From: Candidatus Binataceae bacterium
Lineage (GTDB): Bacteria > Desulfobacterota > Binatia > Binatales > Binataceae
Direction of reading: 5' to 3'
DNA length: 64,000 bases
Assembly (NCBI GenBank): GCA_035531615.1
Contig: DATKSQ010000132.1
Span: forward strand, 18,926 to 82,925
A program made the translations under genes and the position numbers. This document shows, in pieces, positions 10,312-20,498 of the stretch (positions are counted from its first letter, which is position 1; every line of letters starts with the position of its first letter). The notes below the pieces were generated by a model. It made no database searches. It was not told where the DNA came from and saw nothing but the letters and a program-made list of their open reading frames with translations.

Positions 10312-11468
10312 TGGACAGCGGATATCAAATTCCCGAAGAGCTCGGCGCGCTGCGCGATCAGGTCCGGCGCATCATCCGCGACGAGATCATTCCAATCGAA
10401 GCCAAGTGCGATCCCGACGCGCCCGAAATCCCCGCAGACGACTACTGGCGGATCGCGAAAAAAGTCCAGGCCGCCGGAATGTGGTGCATGGGCGCGCCCA
10501 AAGAGTACGGCGGACAGGGGCTCAACACCTTTGATATGTGCGTGCTGATGGAGGAGATGGCGCAGCATCGCATGGGCCTCTACAACCCGGGCGCGGGAGT
10601 GTTCGGACGCACGCCGCCGCCGGTCATCTGGGCCGGCAACAAGGATCAGCTCGAACAATACGCGGCCGGCACGATTAAGAACGCGTGGCATACTTTCTTT
10701 GCGATCACCGAGCCTTCCGGCGGATCCGATCCCGCCGGCGCCATCCAGTGCCGCGCGGTGCGCAAGGGCGACACCTACGTCATCAACGGAACCAAGATTT
10801 TCATCTCGCACGCGCACGAAGCCGAATGGGGCGTCGTCTTCACCCGCACCGATCCCAAAGCTGGCCGCGCCGGTATCACCGCGTTCATCATCAAGAAGGG
10901 CCAGCCCGGATTCACCGCGCGCCCGATCCGCACGCTGCGCACCTCGGCGGTTCCCAACGAGGTCTCGTTCGAGGATTGCGTGGTGCCGGTCGAGCAGCGC
11001 CTGGGCGAAGAGGGCAAGGGACTCAACCTCGCGCTCGATCTGCTGACGCGGCTGCGCTTTCCCTATTCCGCGTGCAATGTCGGCGTCGGAGTCGCGGCGC
11101 TCAGGATGGCGATCGAGCACGCGAAGACCCGGAGCACCTTCGGTGAGTTGCTCGCCAAGCGGCAGGCGATTCAGTGGATGCTCGCCGATTCGGAGGTCGA
11201 GCTGCGCGCCGCGCGCTGGCTCACCTGGGACGGCGCGTGGAAGGCCGGCCGCGGCGAGGACTTCCGCACCGAGGCGTCGATCGCGAAGCTCTATTCAAGC
11301 GAAGTGCTGGGCCGCGTGATCGATCGCGCCGTGCAAATTCACGGCGGCTACGGCGTCAGCAAGGAATTTCCGCTCGAACGGTGGTATCGCGAGGCGCGTA
11401 TCCGGCGCATCGGCGAAGGCCCGTCGGAAGTGCATCGGATGGTAATCGCGCGCACGCTGCTCAGGTAG
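10308..11468 (+). CDS. Acyl-CoA dehydrogenase family protein
   Basis: 386 aa with an ACAD-like fold pattern (FAITEPSGGSDPAG... IHGGYG). GTG start overlapping the upstream stop (translational coupling). Confidence 0.85.
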   Translation: MMDSGYQIPEELGALRDQVRRIIRDEIIPIEAKCDPDAPEIPADDYWRIAKKVQAAGMWCMGAPKEYGGQGLNTFDMCVLMEEMAQHRMGLYNPGAGVFGRTPPPVIWAGNKDQLEQYAAGTIKNAWHTFFAITEPSGGSDPAGAIQCRAVRKGDTYVINGTKIFISHAHEAEWGVVFTRTDPKAGRAGITAFIIKKGQPGFTARPIRTLRTSAVPNEVSFEDCVVPVEQRLGEEGKGLNLALDLLTRLRFPYSACNVGVGVAALRMAIEHAKTRSTFGELLAKRQAIQWMLADSEVELRAARWLTWDGAWKAGRGEDFRTEASIAKLYSSEVLGRVIDRAVQIHGGYGVSKEFPLERWYREARIRRIGEGPSEVHRMVIARTLLR

Positions 11469-11504
11469 CCGGCGTCCGAAACGGCAATCAAACAGGAAAC
11501 CGAT

Positions 11505-12689
11505 ATGACTCTACCGCTCGACGGAATTCGCGTGATCGATTTCGGCCAGGTGTACGCCGCGCCGTACTGCACGATGCAGCTCGCCTACCTGGGAGCCGAG
11601 GTGATCAAGATCGAGCCTCCCGTCACCGGCGAGGTGCTGCGCCGCCCCGATGCTCCGGGTGGAGTCGGGTATTCGTTCCTGATGCTCAACGCGCACAAGA
11701 AATCCGTCACGCTGAACCTGAAGCAGAAACGCGCCCAGGAGATCGCGCTTAGACTTCTCGCCGACGCCGACGTGATGGTGGAAAATTATCTCGACGGCGT
11801 GATGGCTGCGTTCGGGCTCGCCTATGAGCAAATCAAGGACCGCTTTCCGAGCCTGATTTACGCCTCCGGCAAGGGCTACGGCTCGAACAGCCGATGGGCG
11901 AAGCTCGGCTCGATGGACAATACCATTCAGGCCTCTTCCGGATTCATCAGCGTCACCGGATTTCCCGACGCCAAGGTCAAAACTTCGGCGACCTTCATCG
12001 ACATGGGCACCGGCAGCCATCTGGTCAGCGGAATTCTCGCCGCGCTGATTCAACGCGGCAAAACCGGACGCGGACAAAAGGTCGAGGTCGCGATGCTCGA
12101 CGTTGCGATCGCGGCGCTAACCAGCGCGACCGCGCCCGCGCTGCAAGGGATGAAGTTCAAGCGCCTGGGCAATAGGCACTGGGGCGCGTGCCCGACCAAT
12201 ATCTATCCGGCGCGCGATGGCGAGATTCTGATCTTCTGCCTGACCGAGGCGCACTGGCGCACGATCGCAAAGCTGACGGGCCACGAGGATCTGCTCGCCG
12301 ACCCGCGCTATGCGAATCACGGCACGCGCCTGCGAATCGCCGACGAAGTTGACGGCCTGGTCGCGGCCTGGACGGCGGGGCAGGATCGCGACGCGATCAT
12401 CCGGATTCTTATCGAGACCGGAGTGCCGTGCGCACCGGTGCGCGACATCGAAGAAATGATCGCCGACCCCGAGACCGCGATGCGCGGGATGCTGGTCGAG
12501 AGCCACTATCCCTCGCGCGGTCCGGTCCGCGTCTCCGGGTCTCCCGTCAAACTCTCGGCCGCGCCGCAGCCCGAAGGCGCCGGACTGCGCCGGCCGCCGG
12601 AACTCGGAGAGCATACGGCGGAAGTCCTCGAGTCGATAGGAATCGCCGCGCCGGAAATCGCGCGGCTTAAAGCCGACGGCGTGATCTGA
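11505..12689 (+). CDS. CoA-transferase family III (CaiB/BaiF-like)
   Basis: N-terminus LDGIRVIDFGQVYAAPYCTMQLAYLGAEVIKIE is typical of family III CoA transferases. Confidence 0.85.
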   Translation: MTLPLDGIRVIDFGQVYAAPYCTMQLAYLGAEVIKIEPPVTGEVLRRPDAPGGVGYSFLMLNAHKKSVTLNLKQKRAQEIALRLLADADVMVENYLDGVMAAFGLAYEQIKDRFPSLIYASGKGYGSNSRWAKLGSMDNTIQASSGFISVTGFPDAKVKTSATFIDMGTGSHLVSGILAALIQRGKTGRGQKVEVAMLDVAIAALTSATAPALQGMKFKRLGNRHWGACPTNIYPARDGEILIFCLTEAHWRTIAKLTGHEDLLADPRYANHGTRLRIADEVDGLVAAWTAGQDRDAIIRILIETGVPCAPVRDIEEMIADPETAMRGMLVESHYPSRGPVRVSGSPVKLSAAPQPEGAGLRRPPELGEHTAEVLESIGIAAPEIARLKADGVI

Positions 12690-12767
12690 GCGGCGGCGCG
12701 ATCCTCTCCGCGCAAAATTTGGCCGACCAAGGCGGGAGCAGCCCGCAACACGAGCCGGTCACGCGTT

Positions 12768-12960
12768 CAACTCGTCGAGCAGCGCCTTGGCGTCCTTCAA
12801 ATCGGCGGTGTCGAAGCCCTCGGTGAACCAGTTGTAAATTTCCGCGAGCATCGCGCGCGCCTCGTCGCGCTTGCCATGCTGGTCCAGCAACCGTACGAGA
12901 CTCGTCGTCGCGCGCAATTCAAACGATTTGGCGCTTTGCTTGCGTGCATGTCAATCGCGG
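12768..12960 (-). pseudogene. 3'-end fragment of a class III cyclase/AAA/TPR gene (paralog of 17223-20639)
   Basis: About 190 bp is nearly identical at nucleotide level to 17223-17420. It encodes ...AEIYNWFTEGFDTADLKDAKALLDELNA with no upstream body. Confidence 0.7.
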
Positions 12961-13076
12961 TGCGAAAGGATCGCTGGGCGCGCGCGGCAATTGACTACCA
13001 ACCACGGTTCGGCACTTGACCTTACTCACCGAGAAATGTAAGCACCGGAATGTAAGCACCGGGTGGAGACCCAGCC

Positions 13077-13580
13077 ATGAGATCCTTCGTTATTTTCAAC
13101 ATGAGCGTTCTGACGGTGCTTCTATTCGGTCTGAATGCAAATTCGCAGTCACCATCACTGAGCGACGCAGCGCTTAAAGGAAGCTACAACTGCAAGCTGA
13201 CCGGCTATACTTTGCCTGCGACCAGTACTGATCCATTTACTCAAACTTCTTCAGGAGACATCACTTTGGTCGCGGACGGTGCTGGGCACTGGACCAGCGG
13301 CTCATGGGATGATCGAATCGACTCATCCGACATACACGCCTCCTGCAAATTTCAATTGTCTTCAGGGACGTATTCCATAGGTGCTGACGGAACCGGTGCG
13401 ATCGCTGAAAAATGGCAACTCAACGTCGGCGCTTCAACACCGAATTGCGCGCAGTTTAGCTTGGGTGCTAGAGACGCTCCGAATGTCGGGCAGGTCATAA
13501 TTACCGATGGCACCGGGGCAACATTCTATACCGCCTCGCTTAATCAATTCGCGGTTCTAGCTGCTATCTGCACACGATAA
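13077..13580 (+). CDS. Small secreted hypothetical protein
   Basis: An N-terminal signal peptide, Cys pairs and Gly/Thr-rich sequence. It sits in a locally lower-GC stretch. Confidence 0.5.
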   Translation: MRSFVIFNMSVLTVLLFGLNANSQSPSLSDAALKGSYNCKLTGYTLPATSTDPFTQTSSGDITLVADGAGHWTSGSWDDRIDSSDIHASCKFQLSSGTYSIGADGTGAIAEKWQLNVGASTPNCAQFSLGARDAPNVGQVIITDGTGATFYTASLNQFAVLAAICTR

Positions 13581-13855
13581 TTATTCACGGCCACCGGATT
13601 ACGAAATTGGATCTCCCATTGGATCGCGCGACGCGGTCGCGGCGCGCTGAATAAGGCCGTCACCTTGCCTCTCTCTTTCAGGGTTACGTGCCAATTTAGT
13701 ATGCACTCGTTTCAACAAAATCACACACGCCGACAACCCCTTGAACTTACCGTCGGTAATTGATCTTCCGACGAAATCTGCCGCTAAATCGGACTGAGCG
13801 GAGGCGCCTTCTTTAACAACCGTGCGACCGAAGATTAGAGTCGACACCCTCAGGG

Positions 13856-15148
13856 TCAATGGGCGGCTTTCGTCAGGGCTTCTTGGGTGAAGAAGTCGCG
13901 ATCGACGGCGCCCATGTTGATATACCAGCACTCGCGCTCCGGAGTGTTCGGCCCTGGTAGGTAGCAGGTGTCGACTATCCCGGTCTGAATGTCGATACTC
14001 GAGCCGGCCACGACGAACTCACGCTTGAACGGGTACACCGCGACTTTCGCATCTGGCACAGGTCGGTCGCGGTAGGTGAGCAGATAAACCTGCGTCCTCC
14101 AAAGCTCCCCCTTTTGATCGTAGTTGTCCATGTAGGGATTGAACCACATCTCGGAATCGAGATAGACGATCGTCTTCGATTGAGAAATCAGCGACCTCCA
14201 CTCTGGTCGCGGTGTAACCTCGACCAGATAAAGATTGCGCATTTCCCAATCGTCCGGACAGGCCGTCGCGCCCCCGTCGGTTGGACATGGACGGGCCGGT
14301 GAATTTCGGGCGTGCACGCACGCGAGCATCTGACGCTCGCCGAGAAATCTGTAGTTGTATTCCTGCGACTTGGCTCCAAATCCTAGCCAGTGATCAGGAT
14401 CCCAGGTCGAGAATCCCGTCGATGTACTCATGAACGCCTCACTGAGACGCCGGACGCGGCGCTCCTCAACCACGTACCCCCAGACGTTATCCTCCCGATT
14501 TGCATCCCAATAGCGATAGCGGATCATCCCGGCGCCACGATTGTCGGCTGGCGCGAGCATCGGATATCCGGCGAATCGGAACCAGATGCCACTCGTCTTA
14601 AAGTCGGGATCAACCGGCAGCGGCTGAACTTCGGTTCTTCCGAGGTCGTAGTAGCCGGCGAAATGCCCGAAGGTCGAAAACTCCAGCATCTTCGTCTGAC
14701 CCCCCGGATTAAACGGCACCACGTGGCACTCGAAGAAGCGAAGGTCGAAATCGTCGGTGCTGAGCGGGCGAAAGTTCGAATTCTACATGATCTTCACGGC
14801 AATGTCGGGATCATTGGACTCGAGAATCGGAAATGGCTGTCCTGCGACATAGCCAAGCAGATCGCGATGATTCTCGCTCAGTCGCACTTGTCCGGAATAT
14901 TTTTCGGTCGCCTCCTGGTAGGAAGGTGGCCAATCGATGCGCGCTGGCGCGACGATATGCATCTCCATCCCGTGCGTGACGGCGAAGTATGTTCCCGGAC
15001 TTACGAGTTGCTCGACCGTTGTCGCGTTCGCGCGGCTGATCTTATCTCCCGGTTTGACTTGCGCAGCCGCCGTCGAGTAGCAGACTACTACCGCAAGCAA
15101 ACACATGAAGGCGCATCGCGCCGCGATCAAACATGATTGGTGTTTCAT
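13856..15148 (-). pseudogene. DUF1329 family protein gene interrupted by in-frame TAG (14783-14785)
   Basis: Two same-frame ORFs, 15148-14786 with signal peptide and 14722-13856, align end to end with the intact paralog at 44190-45491. The paralog's KIIWNEQF corresponds to KIM*NSNF, i.e. TGG to TAG. Confidence 0.7.
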
Positions 15149-15404
15149 TTCGCCTTCCTCTCTCGTTTTGCGGAGTCGGTTAAACGAAATTGTGACTTCG
15201 ACCACTCGGCCATCTACCCGCGCGGTATCCGTGAAATAGCTACCCGCGAACGGCCCGCATCGCAAACCAGCCGGCCGCGCTTGCGTCGCGGAAACACCGA
15301 ACCGTGATAATTGACGTTGGTCATTGACGGCACGGCCGCTAATCTCCCTCCCTGAAATCTGCCCCAGACGGAAGCCGTCTCTGCGATATCAGATCTAAGG
15401 AACC

Positions 15405-15555
15405 TGACCTGCTCCCCTAAAACTCGACCAGTGATAAAGAGAGAGTCGAGTGGCAGGAGGGACAGATGCGGAATAATCGGTACAGCGAAGATAAGATCAT
15501 CGGGATTTTGAAGGAAGTAGCGCGGGCAGAAGCGTGCGCGAGGTGATCCGGGAAT
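15405..15555 (+). mobile_element. IS3-family (IS407-like) left-end remnant: terminal repeat TGACCTGCTCCCC plus first ~17 codons of orfA
   Basis: TGACCTG... terminus at 15405. ATG at 15465 encodes MRNNRYSEDKIIGILKE, like IS3/IS407 OrfA N-termini. Similarity is lost at about 15530, and cyclase homology resumes at 15556. The IS3/IS407 assignment is recalled from memory, not searched. Confidence 0.5.
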
Positions 15556-15998
15556 ACCGGCGCGCCGAAGATCGCGAAGATGCCGTCGCCGGTGCTCTGC
15601 ACGATATAGCCATCGTAGCGGCGCACCGCGTCGATCATCAGCTTGAGGGCAGGGTCGATAATCGCGCGCGCCTCTTCGGGATCGAGGTTCTGCTCGAGCT
15701 CCGTCGAGCCCTTGATATCCGCGAACAGCGCCGTGACCGTTTTGCGCTCGCCCTCGATTGAGGACGCATCGGCTTGCGCTGCCGCGATGCTAATGCGATC
15801 GGGAGAGACAGGCGATGTCGAAGCGTTGGAGGCGAGCGCGCCATGCGCACCGAGGGTCGCGGCACATTGCGCGCAGAATTTCGCATCAGGCGCGTTCAGA
15901 TAAGCGCACTTCGGACAGGCCAGACTCAGTGGAGTCGCGCACTGATTGCAGAAACGCGATTCGGCGGCGTTATCGGCGCCGCACTTGATGCATCGCAT
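15556..15998 (-). pseudogene. Truncated N-terminal fragment of class III cyclase paralog (double zinc ribbon + first part of cyclase domain)
   Basis: MRCIKCGADN...CPKC...FCAQC zinc ribbons, then ERKTVTALFADIKGSTELEQ...STGDGIFAIFGAPV, about 85% identical to the full-length gene. It ends abruptly at the IS remnant junction. Confidence 0.7.
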
Positions 15999-16285
15999 CG
16001 GTTGACCTCATTTTGAGCAGCCGAGACCACGCTCTCCTTTATCATCGGAATTCGCCCAGGACTAACGGCACGGTGGCCAAAGGCGCCAGCCTCGATCACG
16101 CTTGCAATGCGAGCCGGGATGATTCAGACGATTCAATCGCCGCGTCGGCTCAGAGGGAAAAACGACGCTGGTCATCCCCGTGCTGATCGTGTATTAGAAG
16201 CCATCAGGCATGATTGTCTGCCGCGCGGCTCGCCTGAGGTCGAAGCAAGCGGGAGACTTGCTCAACCTGGCAGGGAGGAGAATTC

Positions 16286-16601
16286 GATGAAAACTAGAAG
16301 AGTTGTTATCGCGCAAATTCGCGGACGGGGGCTGCGAATCATTACGGCAGCCGCTCTGGGAGCCTCATTGGGGATGCTCGCGCTCGGCGGATGCTCGTCA
16401 CTGAGCACGGACCAGGCGCCCGCACAGCCCACGCAGGCGAATTTCCAGCTCGATAAGTGCCAGCAGATCGAGCCGAACCTTTACAAGTGTCCGGCCGTCG
16501 ATAAGTCGATCTGTACACCGGAGTTCATTCGCACTGACGTGGATTGCATACGGGTCGGGCCCAAAGGCAGCGTCTTCGTGCAGCGCCCAATGGTACCCTG
16601 A
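16286..16601 (+). CDS. Small Cys-rich lipoprotein, hypothetical
   Basis: MKTRRVVIAQ...LGMLALGGCSS gives a signal peptide plus lipobox. GGGAGGAG RBS at 16272-16279. Confidence 0.5.
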
Positions 16602-17222
16602 GCGGTCGTTGATTCTTGGATCGTTGGTGTTTTTCGTCATCTTGGGCGAAGTTTGCGTGAGCCGAAGGGTTCCGGGAACCCTCGGAACCCTTTGGCTGCG
16701 CCCCTTTTGGCACTCGCTCAAGGTGACAGGAAGTTGAGTCTGCTCCAGATCACTCACTGCCTCCGAGTGTAAGCCCCGGACCGGGGATTCCTCTTTAATG
16801 CGACCGGACTGACCGGCGGCGCCCGAGCAATAATCCTGCGGCAGAAGGTCTTCTGCCAAGATTTGGTACAGTGTGTCCGTAATTATCCGAAGAGCCACTC
16901 GCGATTACATTTAAAACTCCCTGTGTATCCTCAGAACTTGGCCCGTCCCGAATTTTCTCCAGATATAGGCCTCGCATAGCTTGAGGGACGCGGCGAACGC
17001 TTCCGGCCTACGGCTGCTGCGGGACAAACCCGTATTTCAGGAGCGACAAGCCGGCTTGATTCGCCAAATATTCGGCGCCTTCGGAATCTGTTGCAGGCAC
17101 ACGCAACGCGATCAAGCCGTATGCTCGAACCCCCGCCGGGCGCAGCGATAACGCCGGAATACCAGTTCATCGGTGGCAGAGCGAGAAACGCCGCCCGCGT
17201 GGGGCGCGCGCACAGGCTTAAT

Positions 17223-20200
17223 TCAATTGTTCAACTCGCCGAGCAATGCCTTGGCGTCTTTCAAATCAGCGGTGTCAAAGCCCTCGGTGAACCAGTTGTA
17301 GATCTCCGCGAGCATCGCGCGCGCCTCGTCGCGACGCTGAGTATCGCGCAACAATCGCGCGAGGCTCGTCGTCGCGCGCAACTCCCACAATTTGGCGCTC
17401 TGCTTGCGCGCTATTTCAATCGCCCGCTCGAAGCAGTTCTGAGCTTGTGCGGCACTGGAACCGTTCTGTCCAAGTAGCAACTCGCCTTTGAGCCGATGCA
17501 CCTCCGCCTCATAGAAACGGCTCTCAAGTTGATCCACGAGGGCCAGCGCTTCCGTCAAAGCCCTTAGCCCGTCGTCGAAGCGGCCCGTCTCCATGCAAGC
17601 CTCGCCCAGCAGGCAGAGAAAATACGGCCGGAATGCTTCCGTCCCAGTCGCGCGAGAGGCTTCCAGCCCTTGCTGGATCTGTCCAATCCCCCGTTGCCGG
17701 TCACCCTGCGCGAATTTCGCCCAGCCGCATAGACCAATCGCCCAAGCCAAATAGTCGGTTATGCCGCGCTCGGTACAGAAGCCAATCGATCTCTCCGCAG
17801 TCGCCTGCGCCATACCTGCTTCCCGCCGATATTGATGGACAACGCCGACAGTCAAATCGGCAACAGCCAAACTAAAGGGATGGGACATTCCGCGCGCCAA
17901 CGCGAGTCCTTCATTGGCCTGCTTGAGTGCCCGGTCCGGGTAGCCGAGTTGCCACAGAGTCCAAGCGGCGTACTGAAGAAGCCAAACCTTGAAATCAAGG
18001 TTATCCAACCCGGGAAAAAACGAAAGTTGTGCGTCATCCGCCACTCGAGTTGAGAGAGCCAACTCCAAATGTCCCCTGGCGGCAGGCAACTCCGCCAAAA
18101 AATATAAGGCGACTCCCATAGCCCAACTCGCGCGAAGAAGTAGCGCCGGATCGCCTGCACCCTGCGCCTGCCGCAAAAGCTGTTCGGCGATCTCGTAAGC
18201 CTTCCGTGACTCCCCTCGCGCCGAACGCACCGTAAACAACATGGTCGGAAAAAGCGCCGGCGGATTCCTCAGCCGCTCGCAAAGCGCCCGCGCACGAGTG
18301 TAAGCTCGCTCCGCTTCCGGCGCAGCAAAGCCTTTAAGCGCGGTCGCGGCGGGTCCAACGGCCAACTGGAGGAGCAACTCTTGGCGGGTGCGTTCGGGGC
18401 TGTCCGGGAGTCTCTGGAGGAGATCTATCGCCGCGGTGAGGCGACTGATCGCTTTCGCATAGGCAGAGCGTTGCGCCGCCTGCACGCACGCCCGCCCAAG
18501 GTACTCGACCGCTTTGACTGGGTTGTTGCCTCGGCCGTGATGATGCGCTAGTCCGTCCAGATGGTCATCGAGCGAATTTGAGTAAAGCGTTTCGAGTGCT
18601 GCGCCGATGCGCTCGTGCAGTTGCTTACGCCACTCAATCAATACCGAGTTGTAGGCGACCTCCTGAGTGAGCGCGTGCTTGAAAATGTACTCGGTGTCGC
18701 CGACCGCGGGCTGCTCGTAGATGAACTCGCCAAGCTGCAGGTCATTGAGCATCCGGCTAAGTTCGTCATCGGATTTCGGGACGACCGCGCGAATCAATGA
18801 CAGCGGAAATTCCCGCCCGATGACCGCCAGCGTTTGCAGCAAATCTTTGGCGTCTGGCGCAAGCCGATCGATACGCGCGGCGAGGATGCCCTGCACGGTC
18901 GGCGGGATCTTCAGCTCGCCCAGCGCCTTGGTGAGTCTCACCGGTGGCGCGGGCGTCCCTGCCCGCGATTGCTCCCGCACCAGCGCGCCCTCGTCGAGCA
19001 GGACCTGCACCGTCTCTTCCATGAAGAACGGGTTGCCCTCGGTCTTCTCGATGATCAACCGCTTGAGCGCGGAAATATCCGCACCCTCACCCTGACCCTC
19101 TCCCGGCGGGAGAGGGGATTGGAACAGGAGCGCGGAGAGCATCTCGTCGGCGCTCTCTTTGCCCAGCGGGTCGAGGCGCAACTGAGTATAGTAGGTCTTG
19201 CTATTCCACTGATGTGAGTATTCGGGACGGTAGTTCACCAGCAGCAGAATCTTCGCTGTGCCGATCGAGTCGGCGAGCAGATTCAGGAACGCCTGCGTCT
19301 CCTCGTCGATCCAGTGCAGGTCCTCGAAGATCACCATCAGCGGCTGATTGAGGCTCTCGCGCAGCAGGATCCGCTTGATCGCGTCGAGCGTGCGCCGCTT
19401 GCGGACCTGCGCGTCCATCTGCGCCAGCGGATCGTCGCCCTCGACGATTCCCAGCAAGCCGAAAAGATAGGGCAGGGTGTCTTCCAGTGAACGGTCGAGG
19501 GCGAGAACCGCGCCAATCACCTTGGCGCGGCGGGAGCGCTCGTCGTCATCGCCGATAATCTTGAAATAAGTGTGCAGCAGATCGATGACCGGAAAATAGG
19601 CGCTGGCCTTCCCGTGCGAGACTGAGAAAGTTTCGAGCACCATCCAGCCCGATTGGTTCTTGGCCTTGAACTCGAAGAACAGTCGCGACTTGCCCGTCCC
19701 CGCCTCCGCCATCGCGGCTACAAGCTGCCCGCGTCCGGCCTTGGCGCGATCGGCGGCGGCGAGCATCGCTTCCATCTCGCGCTCGCGCCCGACGAACTTG
19801 GTCAGCCCTCGCCCGGCCGAGCGCTGTAGGCGCGTGCGCAGCGGCCCAAGCCCAGTCACCTCATACACAGTGACCGGTTCAGTGACGCCTTTGATCCGCG
19901 CCGGCCCGAGTGGCTTCAGCGCGAAGTAGCCTTCCGCCAACCGTCGCGTGCCTTCCGAGATCACGGTCGCGCCCGGGTCGGCCAGGGTCTGCATCCGCGA
20001 GGCGAGATTGGTGGTGTGGCCAATAGGAGTGTGCTCGACGTGACCGTCTCCGGTCGCTATCGAACGCACCACGACCTCGCCGGTGTTCACCCCGACTCGA
20101 ATCTGAATCGGCGCGCGGCCGTCGGCGCGCAGCCGCTCGGCGTAGCGGCGAATTTCTTCCTGCATCCGCAGCGCGGCATAGAGCGCGCGTTGCGGATGGT

Positions 20201-20498
20201 CCTCATGCGCGACCGGAGCGCCGAACAGCGCGAAGATTCCGTCGCCCGTGCTTTGCACGATGTATCCGTCGTAGCGCCGCACCGCTTCGATCATCAATTT
20301 GAGGGCCGGATCGATAATCGCGCGCGCCTCTTCGGGATCGAGGTCCTGTTCAAGCTCCGTCGATCCCTTGATATCGGCGAATAGCGCCGTGACCGTTTTG
20401 CGCTCGCCTTGAAGATTATCCGTGGCGGGCGCGTCTGCTACGCGAATCCGAGGATCGTCGGATATATTGATGGAGGATTCGGAAGGTGCTCCCAGCAC
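17223..20498 (-). CDS. Adenylate/guanylate cyclase (class III) - AAA ATPase - TPR STAND-like protein
   Basis: Cyclase domain ERKTVTALFADIKGSTE...GVNTGEVVV, ATPase P-loop AEAGTGKSR, and a long TPR/helical C-terminus. The open frame continues upstream to ATG 20639 through a single in-frame TGA at 20550-20552 (see findings). Confidence 0.85.
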   Translation of the reverse strand: MLGAPSESSINISDDPRIRVADAPATDNLQGERKTVTALFADIKGSTELEQDLDPEEARAIIDPALKLMIEAVRRYDGYIVQSTGDGIFALFGAPVAHEDHPQRALYAALRMQEEIRRYAERLRADGRAPIQIRVGVNTGEVVVRSIATGDGHVEHTPIGHTTNLASRMQTLADPGATVISEGTRRLAEGYFALKPLGPARIKGVTEPVTVYEVTGLGPLRTRLQRSAGRGLTKFVGREREMEAMLAAADRAKAGRGQLVAAMAEAGTGKSRLFFEFKAKNQSGWMVLETFSVSHGKASAYFPVIDLLHTYFKIIGDDDERSRRAKVIGAVLALDRSLEDTLPYLFGLLGIVEGDDPLAQMDAQVRKRRTLDAIKRILLRESLNQPLMVIFEDLHWIDEETQAFLNLLADSIGTAKILLLVNYRPEYSHQWNSKTYYTQLRLDPLGKESADEMLSALLFQSPLPPGEGQGEGADISALKRLIIEKTEGNPFFMEETVQVLLDEGALVREQSRAGTPAPPVRLTKALGELKIPPTVQGILAARIDRLAPDAKDLLQTLAVIGREFPLSLIRAVVPKSDDELSRMLNDLQLGEFIYEQPAVGDTEYIFKHALTQEVAYNSVLIEWRKQLHERIGAALETLYSNSLDDHLDGLAHHHGRGNNPVKAVEYLGRACVQAAQRSAYAKAISRLTAAIDLLQRLPDSPERTRQELLLQLAVGPAATALKGFAAPEAERAYTRARALCERLRNPPALFPTMLFTVRSARGESRKAYEIAEQLLRQAQGAGDPALLLRASWAMGVALYFLAELPAARGHLELALSTRVADDAQLSFFPGLDNLDFKVWLLQYAAWTLWQLGYPDRALKQANEGLALARGMSHPFSLAVADLTVGVVHQYRREAGMAQATAERSIGFCTERGITDYLAWAIGLCGWAKFAQGDRQRGIGQIQQGLEASRATGTEAFRPYFLCLLGEACMETGRFDDGLRALTEALALVDQLESRFYEAEVHRLKGELLLGQNGSSAAQAQNCFERAIEIARKQSAKLWELRATTSLARLLRDTQRRDEARAMLAEIYNWFTEGFDTADLKDAKALLGELNN

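Noticed and set aside
13599-13931. ORFs beginning MLVYQHGR at 13599-13931 and 44131-44313
   Set aside because: The shared peptide is an out-of-frame reading of the conserved 3' ends of the two DUF1329 paralogs, not a real repeated gene.
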